A DNA stretch of 64,000 nt from Amoebophrya sp. A120 (taxonomy: Eukaryota > Protista > Dinoflagellata). Below are positions 24,052 through 35,751 of the stretch, piece by piece. The stretch spans positions 7,967,599 to 8,031,598 of the forward strand of contig CAJINV010000001.1 in NCBI GenBank assembly GCA_905178155.1, read 5' to 3'. The stretch's first letter is position 1. Each line of letters opens with the position of its first letter. The notes beneath the pieces were generated by a model, which was not told the origin of the DNA, made no database searches, and saw only the letters and a list, made by a program, of their open reading frames with translations. The position numbers and the translations under genes were made by a program.

Positions 24052-24998
24052 ATGGAGGACGTGGCAGTGTGGACCGGGCTTGCGTGCGCTAGCCTGCTTG
24101 CGAGTGTTGCACTTAAGGGGGCTTCGCTGGTGCAGCGACATTTCAGGAGCGGCCGGGGTGCGGTGATGTCGACTGTTCGTCGCAGGGGTGAGCAAGTTGC
24201 TATCTTTGAGGTAGTAGACGGCGATCCCTCTCCGCTATTCGTTGCAGACGAAATTGCCCACCCGAGCAGCTACCCCGTAGTGGCGATTTCTGCAGCTGCG
24301 CCAGTGGCTACGGGAGAAGAAGAAGAAGAAGAAGAAGAAGAAGAAGAAGAAGAGGAGTCTACTTCAGATGGGTCCGGCTTGTGCCGGCAGTCGCAGCCAG
24401 AAAAAGAAGGGAAGCCAGCTACCACAAGGAAAGACCCCCCCTCCCCATATATATTGAAAAGCTACCTCTCCGGAAATTTGCGTTGCTGATAGATTTGAGG
24501 CCACAAATCACACGCGTCTTGCAAGAAGACAAGGGCAGAAGCTTTCGCCCCATTATGGAGGCGATTTGTCATGCTGTTGGGCTTCAAGGGGAGCTGTTTG
24601 CCATGCTGAACAACTAGACCCATACGAGCCTACCTAGCCTGGGGATCTGGCCGCAGTGCCTTCCTGCAATACGCAGCTGACTCGTTTACACAAATCCAGC
24701 GCCAGAAGTTTCGTTTTGATAGAAGGAGGGGGGATTTTTCCTTGCAATACCAGCTTTGTCTTCTTCCCCGGTGCAAGTCCACACCGTAGACTTCGAAGAA
24801 ATCGCAGATGGGCTGGAGCTGGCGACAGCTGCTCCGTCGCACGTTGCGCGTGCGGTGGGCGAATGGGGACTCCTGGCGTTTCTAGTTTTCTACGTGTGGA
24901 GGGTGCGCGGTCAGTCAATGCCTCGCGGGCCAGCTGCAAAGATGAGGACTAGACGGCGTGTGCCGCTAGTACTGAGCTGCAGCCGTCAGTGTTCCAAC
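24052..24998 (+). pseudogene. Fragmented coding-like segment (overlapping short ORFs in three frames) directly upstream of the RNF213-like ORF
   Basis: ORFs 24052-24489, 24381-24617 and 24656-24952, plus the 5' extension of 24756-30641, overlap in different frames with no clear GT-AG joins; contains (GAA)12. Confidence 0.3.
24316..24351 (+). repeat. (GAA)12 microsatellite
   Basis: Perfect trinucleotide run, read as poly-Glu in ORF 24052-24489. Confidence 0.95.
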
Positions 24999-27900
24999 AT
25001 GGCAGTCGCACCTGCTGAACCGGCTGACGAGATGGCGCAAAGCGATGGATGCGGACCGCCATCTGCACCAGACGGGACAGCAGCTGATGCCACTGAACGG
25101 GCGCCGGAAACGGTGCAAGCCGATGAATGTGCACCGCGATCTGGACCGGGCGGGGGGTCGTCTTCCTCACGCCTGAATCCCCTAGCAGTTCAGCAACCGT
25201 CCAGGTCGGCCTCATCGAAATCCTCTGACGAGGGAGATGTCGCTGGTGCCTCGTCGAAAAAGGCTAGTGACGCCGCGGTGAACATGGGCAAGGTCATGTC
25301 CGACATCATCCTGAAGTTTCCCCCTCTCGATCCTGTAAAAGTGGAAAAGTTTGACGGAAAGCAGACTCGGCGCGTCCTGGAAGCAACGTTTACCTGCCAG
25401 ATGGCTGAGGCATTTCTGAAGATGCGTTTCCAGGTGCCCCGCGAAACCGAGGGTGCAGCTGTTCTCCAACAAGTAGTTGACTGCTTTATCATGTGCAAGA
25501 ACGACCTTGCCGCGGGTCGAGTGTCACTGCAAACGTTGCAATTCCTGGAAAAGAACAAGGAAAGTTTCTCTGCTTTTTACCACGTTTGCGTGGAAAAACC
25601 CAAAGAAGAGGAGCGCGCCCCGGGCACGCGAAACGAGAACGACGAGGATGATCCTATGGATGTTGACGCTGCGGACGCTGTCATGGAAGGCGGAGAGCAA
25701 GCAGCTGCAGATGCGGACCCGCTTGATCTTGTGGTCGCATCACCAACAGGACAGGCTGCGGCACGTGGTCGCTCTGCAACGGCCGACAGCTTCGGGTGTG
25801 CCACTTCGCCGCGCAAACAAAATGAAAGAGAAATCACATCGACGTTGGAGCATTGGCGTGACAAGGTAACCGGGTTCGAGTCCGATCTGGAACTGCTCCG
25901 AGCCGCTAGCGCGCTGCCGCAAGTTTCCGCGGACGCCAAAGCGGTTAAGATGAATTTTGACGCCATTCTGGCGCGCGCCCTGATTCTGGACCAGGAGGAA
26001 CAGACGCCGGACCTGGCAGCCTTTTTCAAGGCGTTCGATGAGGACTTGGAGATTGACAATAGAGATACGAACAACCGTGACAGTCTCCATTCCGGCCCGC
26101 CGCTGGATCACGTGGTTGAGCGGGCACGGTCGCAGCTCCACGCCTTCATCGGAGAATTTCAGACCGGCGATCTTTCTCTCGAACTAATTGGCCACTTGAG
26201 TTGGCCGCTGCCAGAGGCACTGACAAGCGCCATTCGGAAGGAAATGACGGGTGCGGGGACGTTTACGTCGACAAAAACCGCTGATAATGCACTTGTGCTT
26301 GCGCCCGCGCCAGTGAAAAGCATGTTTGCGCAAACGCAGCTAGAGTACGACGAAGTGGATGTCGTTTTAGCAGAGGAAAACAAGAATGCTACCGCTGAGG
26401 ACGCGGGAGAACCAGCCTCCTCCCAGCTGGTGATCTTCGATGTTGAGAATGCAGCCTCGCACCGGCCGCACAAAAACAGTGATGACGGGGCGATCCTATA
26501 CCGCGATAGAATGGACCAAATCCAAACGTTTCTCGACATCGCGAATGTGCAGCCAAACAGCATTCGCGAGGTCATTCACTTCGTGCATTTCATGTTCCCG
26601 CGCGGCAGCAATGCTGACGACGCAACAGCGGAAACAAGTGCTCCTGGTGCAGGAGGAGCTCTCGGAGCAGGAGCTACGAACGCTGCTTTGGCATCGTCAT
26701 CCAGTAGCAGTGCCGCTGGTGACAACAATATCGCGGACACCGTTGTCGATGGGGATCCGAAGCTGCAGTTTTTCCAGAAGCTGCAGCACCGGAGCGAGGC
26801 CTTTCTGCAGCAAAACACGTTGAACGACATCTCCAAGGAGATCAAGGATTGGTACAAAGTTCTCCGAGAGGTGCAGGAAGACCAGATCAAGTTGATGAAG
26901 GCCATCCAAGCGTCCGGCGAGGTGTTCCAGTGGTGGCGGCGGAACATCGCAAACCCTCAGGAATTCAAAAACTTCGTCGATCTGGCGCACATCGACGCGG
27001 GCGAGTCGGACATTGACGTCGACCGCATTTCGACACTCGACTTGCTGGGCAACTGCTTGGGACCGCTGGTCTACACGAAACTGGAAAGTATTCTTGTGCA
27101 GAAGGACGCGCCGAGCAGTGGTCAAGATGACGAAGCGGACTTGGATCCGTACGGTGCCTCCCAACTCGTGCCTTTCTCGCAGGATCTCGATCTAGTTCTG
27201 TCACAACCAGCAGACGGCGGCAGGAACAACGCGAAGAGTACTAAACGGAATAACAAATCGGCTAACAAAAGAGACGTGAAGAGGGAGAACGAGAAGGCCA
27301 AGCCCGGTGCAGCACGAGGGCGACAGCGTCGCAACGCCATCGCTGGCGGAGCGAATGTTCTTGCCACCACGACTCCCAGTGAGTCAACCATCATTGACGC
27401 CCAGGCATTGTGGAAAGTGTTGCGGCCCGCGTTCACGGAGTTGAAGAAAGACGCCAAGGGGTTGCTTGCGAAGATTGAGGACCTCTGGCGCAACCGGTCT
27501 TGGCTCGCCAACATCCAGGCCTCGCACGGGTCGGTGGAAGCGAGTGCCGTGAAGCGCGCCGAGGCCTTGATCAAACACGGCGTTTTCACGCTCAGCTGTG
27601 GCGGCGAACTGAAGAGCATTGTCTTCAATGTGAAACATCACAAAAACAACGCTATGCTACAGAGGATGGACCGTCTGCAGATCGCATTAATGAACGACAT
27701 CGAGCGCGATACGTTCCTGCAAGCCTACAAAGCGCCGAGTCCGCAGACAGCCGGAGCCGTAGGGTCGTCTTCCTCACGCCTGAATCCCCTAGCAGTACAG
27801 CAACCGTCGAACGACGACGGCGAGGAATTCCAGGAACTGTGCCAGCCCCACTCGAAGATGCAGCAACTGAAAGATCCGAACGACAAGCTGATGCTGATTT

Positions 27901-30641
27901 CAACGGAGCGCAAGACCTCTGAAATCGACCGTCTCTGTGCGAGCTTTGCCCAGCTCGTCGAGCTGAGCCAGTGCTTGGAACAGATCCCCGTCAAGAAGCT
28001 TCCGCTCTTCTCGCGGTTGCAGGGTGCAATCGAGCCGAACACCCTGGAAATTCGTCCGCGCTTGGACCTTTTGGAGCACGAGCTGCGGTTTCAGACCGCG
28101 CAGGAGGAGCAGTCTTCGGTCTGTCTGGGCTCCTTCCCTACCGCACTGTACGAAAAAGTGGTGCAGAGCTATGAGACCAAGGTAGAGTCGATTCGCCGAG
28201 AGTTTCCGATCTTGGACGAATTTACCAATGTACAGTTAGTGAATCTGCAGAAGGATTTGACGCTGGTGATGCTGCTGGACCAGTGCAAAGACACCGACTT
28301 CTTGGTGCAGTTTGGCATTGGATTGTTTCGCGGTTCGATGGCGGATGAGTTGCTCGAAATCGGCGACGATGTTGGTGCCCTGAACAACAGAAGAGGGTCA
28401 GCGAATAATCGCGGTTCGCTGCCCAGCACACGAGCCCAGGTTGCACGACTGGCGGCGGCGCCGCGAGCCCAGCCGCAAGCGGATGTGATTTTACTCGACA
28501 GCGATTCCGAGAACAGCGACGTGGTCGAAGTTGAGCAAATAAACAACAGCGCAGTGCTTCAACACCAGCTGCACGAAACGCGGGACCAGGCTTGGGAAAA
28601 TCGCCTGCAGGCCCGTCGGGCGAAGGCGATTTTACAAAAGGTTGGCATGTCGCATGACAAGCTGAAGCGCATTGTCTCTTACTTTGTGGGGACAACTTGC
28701 GAGAACCGTGCAAGTGGCAGAGACCCTACGTCTAGCGCAGCGGCGCCGGAAAATCCTGGATTGGAGAAGTGCTTCACCCTCTTCGCTGGCGAAACGCAGT
28801 CTATGAATGAAATCGAGATGATCGGTGAGAAGGTTGCGAAGCTTTCTGAAATTGAGATCCTCGGTGGTGGACGAAACGTTGATCCTGAGGTGGCGCGGGA
28901 ACGACTGGCGAAGTTTCGAAGCGACTTTGCGGGCCAGCTCGGGTTCGCTCCGCGGGAAGTGGAAAACCAGAAGGGCAATCTTGTCGCGCTGCTGCATCAA
29001 GGCGCGGACTCCTACCGCGCACTTTTGGAGAACGCCGGGAAGAAGACGGAAGCCAGCACAAACCACTACGCATTCCGAAACTTTCTGTCGCTACCACTGG
29101 TATCCGAAGCAGGGAATGATGCCGGTCAAGACTCGAAGGTGAACCAGCTTAGCACTACGGCAGATGTAGCTCCGCGTGTGCATGCGATCTTTGAGCAGCT
29201 GATGGCAGCGTTCGACGAGACGCGGCAAGGTGAACAGGTTTTGTTCACTGGCGGCGGCATCTCGCAACTGACACAGATCGACCGGATTGGGGGCGGGCTG
29301 CACCTCCGTTTTCTCGGCGAGCGTCTCACGGCGCGCGAAACACGCACGGCGCAGTTGGACCAGAAGAGGGCCTGTGGGTCGCTCAGGTTGCAATCGGTCA
29401 AGCTCAGTGGGCAGCTCGAGTCCGAGAGGGAACTCGACGCGAATTCTCTGCTGTACTTGCAAGCCTGCGAACACAACAACAGTACCGGCGCAGTTGGACT
29501 TGCGGGATCTGCCGAAGGAGCTGCCCCAGTGATTCCGACGCCCAAAGCATTGAAAGACGCCGAGACGCCAAAGAGTAGTTTACAGCTCATGGACGAAGAT
29601 GCTACCCCTGAGAGCACAGGCAGCCATCAAACAGCGGTCTCTCCTTTTTGTCCGCACAAGCACACTTTTGCGTCAGTGCTCACACATGCACAGCTCGACT
29701 ACGTCCTGTCGATCGCGAACTGCATCCAGGTGCTCGCGAGGCGCGAAGATGTGCTGTTTTGCTCCGAAACCACAACCATCGAGGAAATTCGTTTGTTCTT
29801 CCGCAGCTTTCTGTGTCGCCCACGGGGTGTGTGGGAGAAGGCACAAGCAGAGCTCGAACAGTTAGAGAGCAGCGGCAGCGTGTCGGCAGGGGCATCTTTT
29901 CCGCTAACAGGTCTTCACTCAGCCGCAGCGGAACGCGAACACAAGCGAGACCAGAGGAACACCAGTTCGCTGTCTTTTCGCCCTGACGACCGCACGACAG
30001 GGCTGGATCGGACAAAGGGAATTCGCGGCGCAACATCAATGGCGAAGACGAATGCAAAAGCCAGCAGTGCGACGTCCAGTTCCGGGGGCGGCGGCCTCTT
30101 CGGAAAGATGAACTTGACGCTTGCGGACGTTGCCTCTTCGACCACGGCTCCTGAGAGAAGGAAGAAAAAGGGCGAAACAAACGGAAACGCCTCGGCGTCC
30201 GCATCGCAACTTCTTGACCATCCGCGAACAAATGTGAAAGACGAGGAGCAAGAGCCTGATGAAGCGGATGAGAGGCACTTGCAGAGATTGCAGTGGGTCC
30301 AGGACGGCGAGGCCAGCGCAGCGGAGGCTGTAATATCCTCGACATCTCAGAACAACGCTATTCGGAGCGACTTGTTCGAAGCGTACAAATACAAAAGCGA
30401 TAGCGATAACGATGAAACGGCCGCCGACGCCACTGAGCCACACGCGGACAAGAAGAGGCATGACGCGGGAGATGCCTCTGCCACTCCAGCTGCGCGGACC
30501 GCTACGCCTGCCCCCAGCAGCGGAGGAATCTTCGCCGCATTGCGAAGATTTCTCTTTCTCCCGGAGGACGAGGCCAGACGCGCAGCGCTGCGCCGGTCCG
30601 TCCATACAGAAGGCCTTGACGGTTGGCATTTTTATTTGTGA
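24999..30641 (+). CDS. RNF213/mysterin-like protein, apparently truncated (linker and start of AAA region only); ORF open from 24756
   Basis: Colinear blocks resembling RNF213 as I recall it: FKNFVDLAHIDAGESDIDVDRI, WLANIQASHGSVEASA..GVF, KLMLIS..EIDRL, ILDEFTNVQLVNL, EDVLFCSETTTIEEIRLFFR. No Walker A/B AAA modules or RING/RZ finger before the stop. Confidence 0.7.
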   Translation: MAVAPAEPADEMAQSDGCGPPSAPDGTAADATERAPETVQADECAPRSGPGGGSSSSRLNPLAVQQPSRSASSKSSDEGDVAGASSKKASDAAVNMGKVMSDIILKFPPLDPVKVEKFDGKQTRRVLEATFTCQMAEAFLKMRFQVPRETEGAAVLQQVVDCFIMCKNDLAAGRVSLQTLQFLEKNKESFSAFYHVCVEKPKEEERAPGTRNENDEDDPMDVDAADAVMEGGEQAAADADPLDLVVASPTGQAAARGRSATADSFGCATSPRKQNEREITSTLEHWRDKVTGFESDLELLRAASALPQVSADAKAVKMNFDAILARALILDQEEQTPDLAAFFKAFDEDLEIDNRDTNNRDSLHSGPPLDHVVERARSQLHAFIGEFQTGDLSLELIGHLSWPLPEALTSAIRKEMTGAGTFTSTKTADNALVLAPAPVKSMFAQTQLEYDEVDVVLAEENKNATAEDAGEPASSQLVIFDVENAASHRPHKNSDDGAILYRDRMDQIQTFLDIANVQPNSIREVIHFVHFMFPRGSNADDATAETSAPGAGGALGAGATNAALASSSSSSAAGDNNIADTVVDGDPKLQFFQKLQHRSEAFLQQNTLNDISKEIKDWYKVLREVQEDQIKLMKAIQASGEVFQWWRRNIANPQEFKNFVDLAHIDAGESDIDVDRISTLDLLGNCLGPLVYTKLESILVQKDAPSSGQDDEADLDPYGASQLVPFSQDLDLVLSQPADGGRNNAKSTKRNNKSANKRDVKRENEKAKPGAARGRQRRNAIAGGANVLATTTPSESTIIDAQALWKVLRPAFTELKKDAKGLLAKIEDLWRNRSWLANIQASHGSVEASAVKRAEALIKHGVFTLSCGGELKSIVFNVKHHKNNAMLQRMDRLQIALMNDIERDTFLQAYKAPSPQTAGAVGSSSSRLNPLAVQQPSNDDGEEFQELCQPHSKMQQLKDPNDKLMLISTERKTSEIDRLCASFAQLVELSQCLEQIPVKKLPLFSRLQGAIEPNTLEIRPRLDLLEHELRFQTAQEEQSSVCLGSFPTALYEKVVQSYETKVESIRREFPILDEFTNVQLVNLQKDLTLVMLLDQCKDTDFLVQFGIGLFRGSMADELLEIGDDVGALNNRRGSANNRGSLPSTRAQVARLAAAPRAQPQADVILLDSDSENSDVVEVEQINNSAVLQHQLHETRDQAWENRLQARRAKAILQKVGMSHDKLKRIVSYFVGTTCENRASGRDPTSSAAAPENPGLEKCFTLFAGETQSMNEIEMIGEKVAKLSEIEILGGGRNVDPEVARERLAKFRSDFAGQLGFAPREVENQKGNLVALLHQGADSYRALLENAGKKTEASTNHYAFRNFLSLPLVSEAGNDAGQDSKVNQLSTTADVAPRVHAIFEQLMAAFDETRQGEQVLFTGGGISQLTQIDRIGGGLHLRFLGERLTARETRTAQLDQKRACGSLRLQSVKLSGQLESERELDANSLLYLQACEHNNSTGAVGLAGSAEGAAPVIPTPKALKDAETPKSSLQLMDEDATPESTGSHQTAVSPFCPHKHTFASVLTHAQLDYVLSIANCIQVLARREDVLFCSETTTIEEIRLFFRSFLCRPRGVWEKAQAELEQLESSGSVSAGASFPLTGLHSAAAEREHKRDQRNTSSLSFRPDDRTTGLDRTKGIRGATSMAKTNAKASSATSSSGGGGLFGKMNLTLADVASSTTAPERRKKKGETNGNASASASQLLDHPRTNVKDEEQEPDEADERHLQRLQWVQDGEASAAEAVISSTSQNNAIRSDLFEAYKYKSDSDNDETAADATEPHADKKRHDAGDASATPAARTATPAPSSGGIFAALRRFLFLPEDEARRAALRRSVHTEGLDGWHFYL

Positions 30642-33198
30642 GACCTTGGCATCAATTCAATCGGTATCGTATCCCGGTCACTGTTGGTGTGCCTTGAGGA
30701 AACAAGTTGATGCTGACATCGATATTTATTTCGATATATCCTTCTTTGCCGTATCCCGGGCAAGGGATATATGTCGTGGAGCGGAAGCTGTATCGTTGAA
30801 CAGCCTGACTCTTTTCGTGACTGTAACCCAGTAGAATTTATTTGTTCGTTATAGATGCAACGTATGCCGTTGTATCCCGAAAAGAACCAAGAGAAGACAT
30901 CAGGGTTGAGGGAGCGTATCCCGCTTCTACCAGACGAAAGAAATATACAACGGACAAGCGCAAGCTGATGTCGAAATATGAATTTCAACAACTTTGGTTC
31001 TATATACATTTTTCATCGATAGATTCATTGCAAATTTGGCGGTGCCTCCCACAAAAATGAAAAATACGAACTTAGATGAGAAAGAGACCTGGTTCCGCTT
31101 CTCGACCTCCCCATTCATTGTGGTGTTTATTACGTCCGGTGGGCCGCTATTGGCAGTGTTCTGCTCTTTCTTGTTTCCGTGTTACATATTTGTCCAGCAT
31201 CTTGTTGGTAATACGTGAAGATGGAAACGACAGAGCAAAAGAAGTGTGGACTTGGCACGGCTTTTAATTTTTCGCTACGCCTAACTATTGACGCACCAGA
31301 AAAAAAGCGAAGAGGAGATTGACAGAATCGAATACCGGGCCTTGTTTTACTTCTGGAAACAGGTTCAGGTCGAAAAAACTTGGTTTCTCCGCTACGAGAT
31401 TGATTGCGGGTTGCAACCGACAGGAAACAGAAACACTACAAAATAGAAATAATGCTACTTTCACCACTCTGATGCACTAGCTGTAGCTCGACAGAAAGAC
31501 AAAATGTATGTTTTTCTCTTGATAAGGCACTACTGCTGGCCCAGCTAACGACGTTTCGGTATCGGATTTGCTCAAAGTGGAGTATACTCTTTCGTCGGCA
31601 GGGACGGATAGACTATACGGCTGTCCTCCTGGATTGGTCGGTAATCACTCTTATCAACACAGCGGCATGTCTATGAGACAGCCACAGAAGTTCTCAGGGG
31701 GGTGTTGTTGCAAAACTACTTACATCGATTATCTGGCTAAGATTATGTTTTCAAAAAAAAAAAATATCTGCGCAATTTGCTGAGGACTCGTCTTCGTCAT
31801 CGGGGTCTCGTATTCGTTGTAAGTTTTGGAAGTTTTTTGCATGTCGATCCACCTGTAGTAAGTAACCAATTTCAACATTTGTGGTTATGATCCGGTGCTG
31901 TTGGTCGACTCGGGAGCGGGTGCGGGAGATGAGGGAAGAATGCCACCACCCATACCTCGAGAGATACACGAAGCCAAGGTAGTTAATGCCTCTGACTAAG
32001 TCCGAATTACTGTTGTGTTGTACGCTTTGTCGTTTCTATTTCTGTTTGGATTTCGCTGCTCTTTTTGGCTTGTATCATTCCTATAATTGGGGCGAGCGCG
32101 AGGGACGACTGAGAGTTGCGGTTCACAAAATAGCGCACGATCATCGGCACATGAAAGTCAACTCAGATTCGGATTTGCTCTCACCCTAATTGATGCTGAT
32201 TCTATGGCTTTATTACTTACCTGCGCAGGCATCGTCTTTGTCTGCAACGAAGAGAGGTGGAAACAGAACGAAGTGGCAGCTGCTTGGACAAGACTACCCC
32301 TTCATCATCATAATGATTATTAGGAGGTCTACAATATTATTATGTCAAACTTGACTAGTATTTCCATTGTTATTCACGCCTCTATCATGCCGAAACGTCC
32401 ACAGTCATAGATCTCCTGTCGCGAAGTTCGCAACGTGCGTTAGTTGCCTGGATAAACTGCATGGTGTACTAGAAGTAAAGGCAACACCAGGACCAGAGAG
32501 GAACAAGGTAACAAGATGGGGAGCGATCTCCAGCAGCTCGACTACGAAGGTGACGGCGGCGAGTCACTCTATAGTCAGTTGGCGTATCTCTTCTTTGCGG
32601 TATCGCTAATGTGTATTTGCCAAAGGCTTGTATCACATACAAAAGCAAACGCAAAAAGAATTTCGTGCATCGCGACGTGTTGATTTATAAACCGCGACTC
32701 CAACTAGAACTAACAATCGCAATTGATCAATTTCGCTCATTTGCATTTGGATTTGAGTTTTCCTCGGCAAGTTATAGGTCGGTTTGTGTGATGTGGACCT
32801 TTTTTTGTTCATGGTCTGGTATTGGTTGGACCCACTTGCACATCACAAAGCCATGATGTAGTGGACAAATACGACAAACATAAATGCGGAACTATGATCG
32901 CGATGCACGGAGTAGAGTATATTGCATATTCATAGTAGAATCTGCAAGATCTGTGGAACAAAAAGCAAGATCTGTGGAACAACAGAGCGGACTCGAAGAT
33001 GGATTCGATTATGGCCCGCTCAGGAATGGAATCCGTCCTAAACTCAATATTTTTCGGAACGTAGTAGTTCCGGCATGTTACTGAATATGCTTGCAAGAGA
33101 AATCGACATGAAGATGATGTAGAAGACAGGGTGCATGAAAGAGGAGAAAGTGAACAGAAAGCCACACACTCCAACATCAATGCGAGCCGTTAGAGTCC

Positions 33199-34132
33199 AA
33201 TGTGGCCGGCCGGCAGGCCGGAGATCGACATCAAGCAACGACAAATTTCCGGCCAGTTCGACAGTTCAGACCTCAAGTCCGAGGCGGACCTCCGATCACG
33301 CCTGACCGGCCGCCGGACGTAGCCCACATTGATTAAGTGAGGATTACTTAGCTAATCTTCCGATTTCGCACTCCCAAGATCAAATAAAATATTCTCTGGT
33401 CTTTTATCATATTGATGGTATGTTCAGAAAACTCACAAAGAGGCACATAATATATGTGCTCTTTGTGATCGGGAGAAGTTTTTGTTGTTGATCTTTGATG
33501 CTCTTGCTAGTTTGTTTTTGTTACCTGAGCTTCAGATTGCTGCACCTGAGCGGTCCATAAGCAATCGCACCGTCGCTGACGCAGCCCTGAACCAAGCTAC
33601 ACATGCCACTGGAGAAGCGACACGTGCAGTGCAAACGGCTGTCGGCGCACAGGGAGCTGCACAAGCTGCACAGGATACTGCAAATGCCGCTCGCAATCAA
33701 GCAGGTCTCGCACAGGCGTCGGCTACTGCCGCCCAGGCACGAGCAGACGCAGCGCATGCTCAAGCCGATGACGCTACGGCGCAAGCGGGTTTGGCACGCG
33801 ATGAGGCAGGCGCAGCTAAACGAGCTGTCAATCGTTTACGAGCCGAGGTACTCGACATCAACTCGTTATGATTTACAAGCCTTGCATATGATTTCAGTAC
33901 CACTTATCCGGTGTTTATTTGGCTTGCGCTCGTCCCTGGACTGCCGTCCACGCTGGTCTGCTAACCAAAAAATGTGCGCGCGCGGGACTTAGGCTTGGTA
34001 GCCAAATGCCCACATATAGTTGGCATTCGCGGGCCTGGGGCAGTTGCAGTTCGGCGGAGGTCTCTGCCTGTCGATCGAGCCACATACGCAATGGCCAACG
34101 CTGACCAACGTCCAGAGCCGGCCAGCCCGTGA
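33199..34132 (+). CDS. Putative short-exon orphan gene with an alanine-zipper coiled coil (boundaries uncertain)
   Basis: Phase-0 GT-AG join 33319-33535 (..DRPPD|IAAPERS..); exon from 33536 encodes an Ala-rich heptad helix; possible terminal exon ~33993-34132. Confidence 0.4.
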
Positions 34133-34475
34133 AACTGTATCGCTGACGATAGCTATATGCTAAACGCAATTTATTTATACAAAGACAAACACAAAGTGAT
34201 GCCATGTCAACAAATCACATAAGTGGTCGACACCGCGTTAGAATCTAGCGACACCGAGAAGTCTGCATTTTTTTAGAGAAAGGCTAATTAGTTTGCTTTT
34301 CATAGCAAGCCGCATCAAGTTCGTGGTCAAAATTTGAATTCATTTGAGTTACGCGAAAATAAAACCAAAAAACTTGAGGTTGAGTTGCGTTCCTGTTTCG
34401 CAAGTAATTGGCTGAGCGTGAAGGCTAAAGATCTTGCACGAAATGTGGTGACGTTGGCCAATTTTCTTACATCAG

Positions 34476-35681
34476 GTGCGAGTGTTAAAGCGGCGAATCA
34501 TGCACACGGAATTGGCGGCGGCAACGTGGAGAGCGACGTGGGATAAAATCAATGTGAGGGTGCGCAACCACCTGTACGATGAGCTGGACGTGCGGAGGCA
34601 CTACGAAAAGCAGACAGTTTCCGTATGCTTCTGACATCACAGAGTATCATACAACGGGATGCAGACTGCTATGTAAGGATAGCGAAAATAAAAGTATGAC
34701 CAGACGTAATTATGAGTCGTAGTTTTCTTTGTTCACTGAAGCAGTTTCTTTTGTTTTGTTACCCTGATGCACCTGTCTGTGCTTTTTTCTTATGAAGAGT
34801 GTTACTTTCTATTGCATAGTCGAGCCTGAGAAGAAAGAAATGCATTTGATTGGTTCTCGGAGCCATAGTTGCACGCGCCCTCCCAGAACCAGGCGCTGCT
34901 TTTTGTCTGTTTTCTTTGTAATGGCCCGCCCGTAGCTGCTCCTGTTCGTCATGAGCAAGGGCCGTCTTCATCAGGGTTGGGCTCTGCGTTCTGGAACAGG
35001 AGAAAAGGAGGAAGCTTTGACTTGAGTCTGAATGTCAATGCTTCATCGAGAAAACAAGTATGCTTCAATGCCACGAATTACGTGTGCATCGATGCTTTCC
35101 TTATTGCAGTTTGCGCCGTGGTTTGGGTATGTTTTTCGAAGCATGCGCGGATCTACTGGAATCGACTGTCGACAATGACCTCCGAGACCTATACAAGCTT
35201 CTGGCTCCGTTACTCCAAGGAAAACCCTTTTTATTTGAGCCAGCATTCATCCTATTAATTTTTGGGCATATACGCATAGCCTCCTCTTGTTGTTGTTAAC
35301 TCATTCATACGAAAAAAAAGTAAGTGGAACGCGAAGGCGCGATTGGAAGCGCAGCTTTGCCTGGTGGTGCAAACAAAGCAAGAAACACAAAAGGCCGAGG
35401 GCGACAAGGCTCTGCATGCGAAACTCGCAAGCCACATCGGCAGTCCTTAACAGTTGCAAACACGAAAGAAAGATAAAGCCCACGCCCTTATGCGATGAAT
35501 GAGGTTGACGTTCAGGCGCCAAGATGAAATCGGTTTTTCTTTTTAAATTTCATACCTCGTTAAAGACCGCACAGTGCTGGAGGAGGAGCGCAGCCGCGCA
35601 GAGCGTTGCGTACGCATTTGCAGCTGCTTGGGCTTGCCAGTTCCGACAGATCTGCAGGACCGGTACAAAATCCAAGAGTAG
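34476..35681 (+). CDS. Putative intron-rich orphan gene of short helical exons (partial model)
   Basis: Exon-like 34476-34622 (CAG|VRVLKRRIMHTELAAA...EKQTVS|GTATG); coding-like blocks near 35109-35220 and 35322-35450; terminal exon 35575-35681 (LEEERSRAERCVRICSCLGLPVPTDLQDRYKIQE*). Confidence 0.4.
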
Positions 35682-35751
35682 CTGCTTACTCTTGCTACTA
35701 GCAGCTACTAGCAGCTACTAGCTGCTAGTAGTAGACGCGCATGCGCCAGAA

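Noticed and set aside
32944-32982. 21-bp-period tandem duplication GCAAGATCTGTGGAACAA
   Set aside because: Only two copies; a simple local slippage duplication with no further structure.
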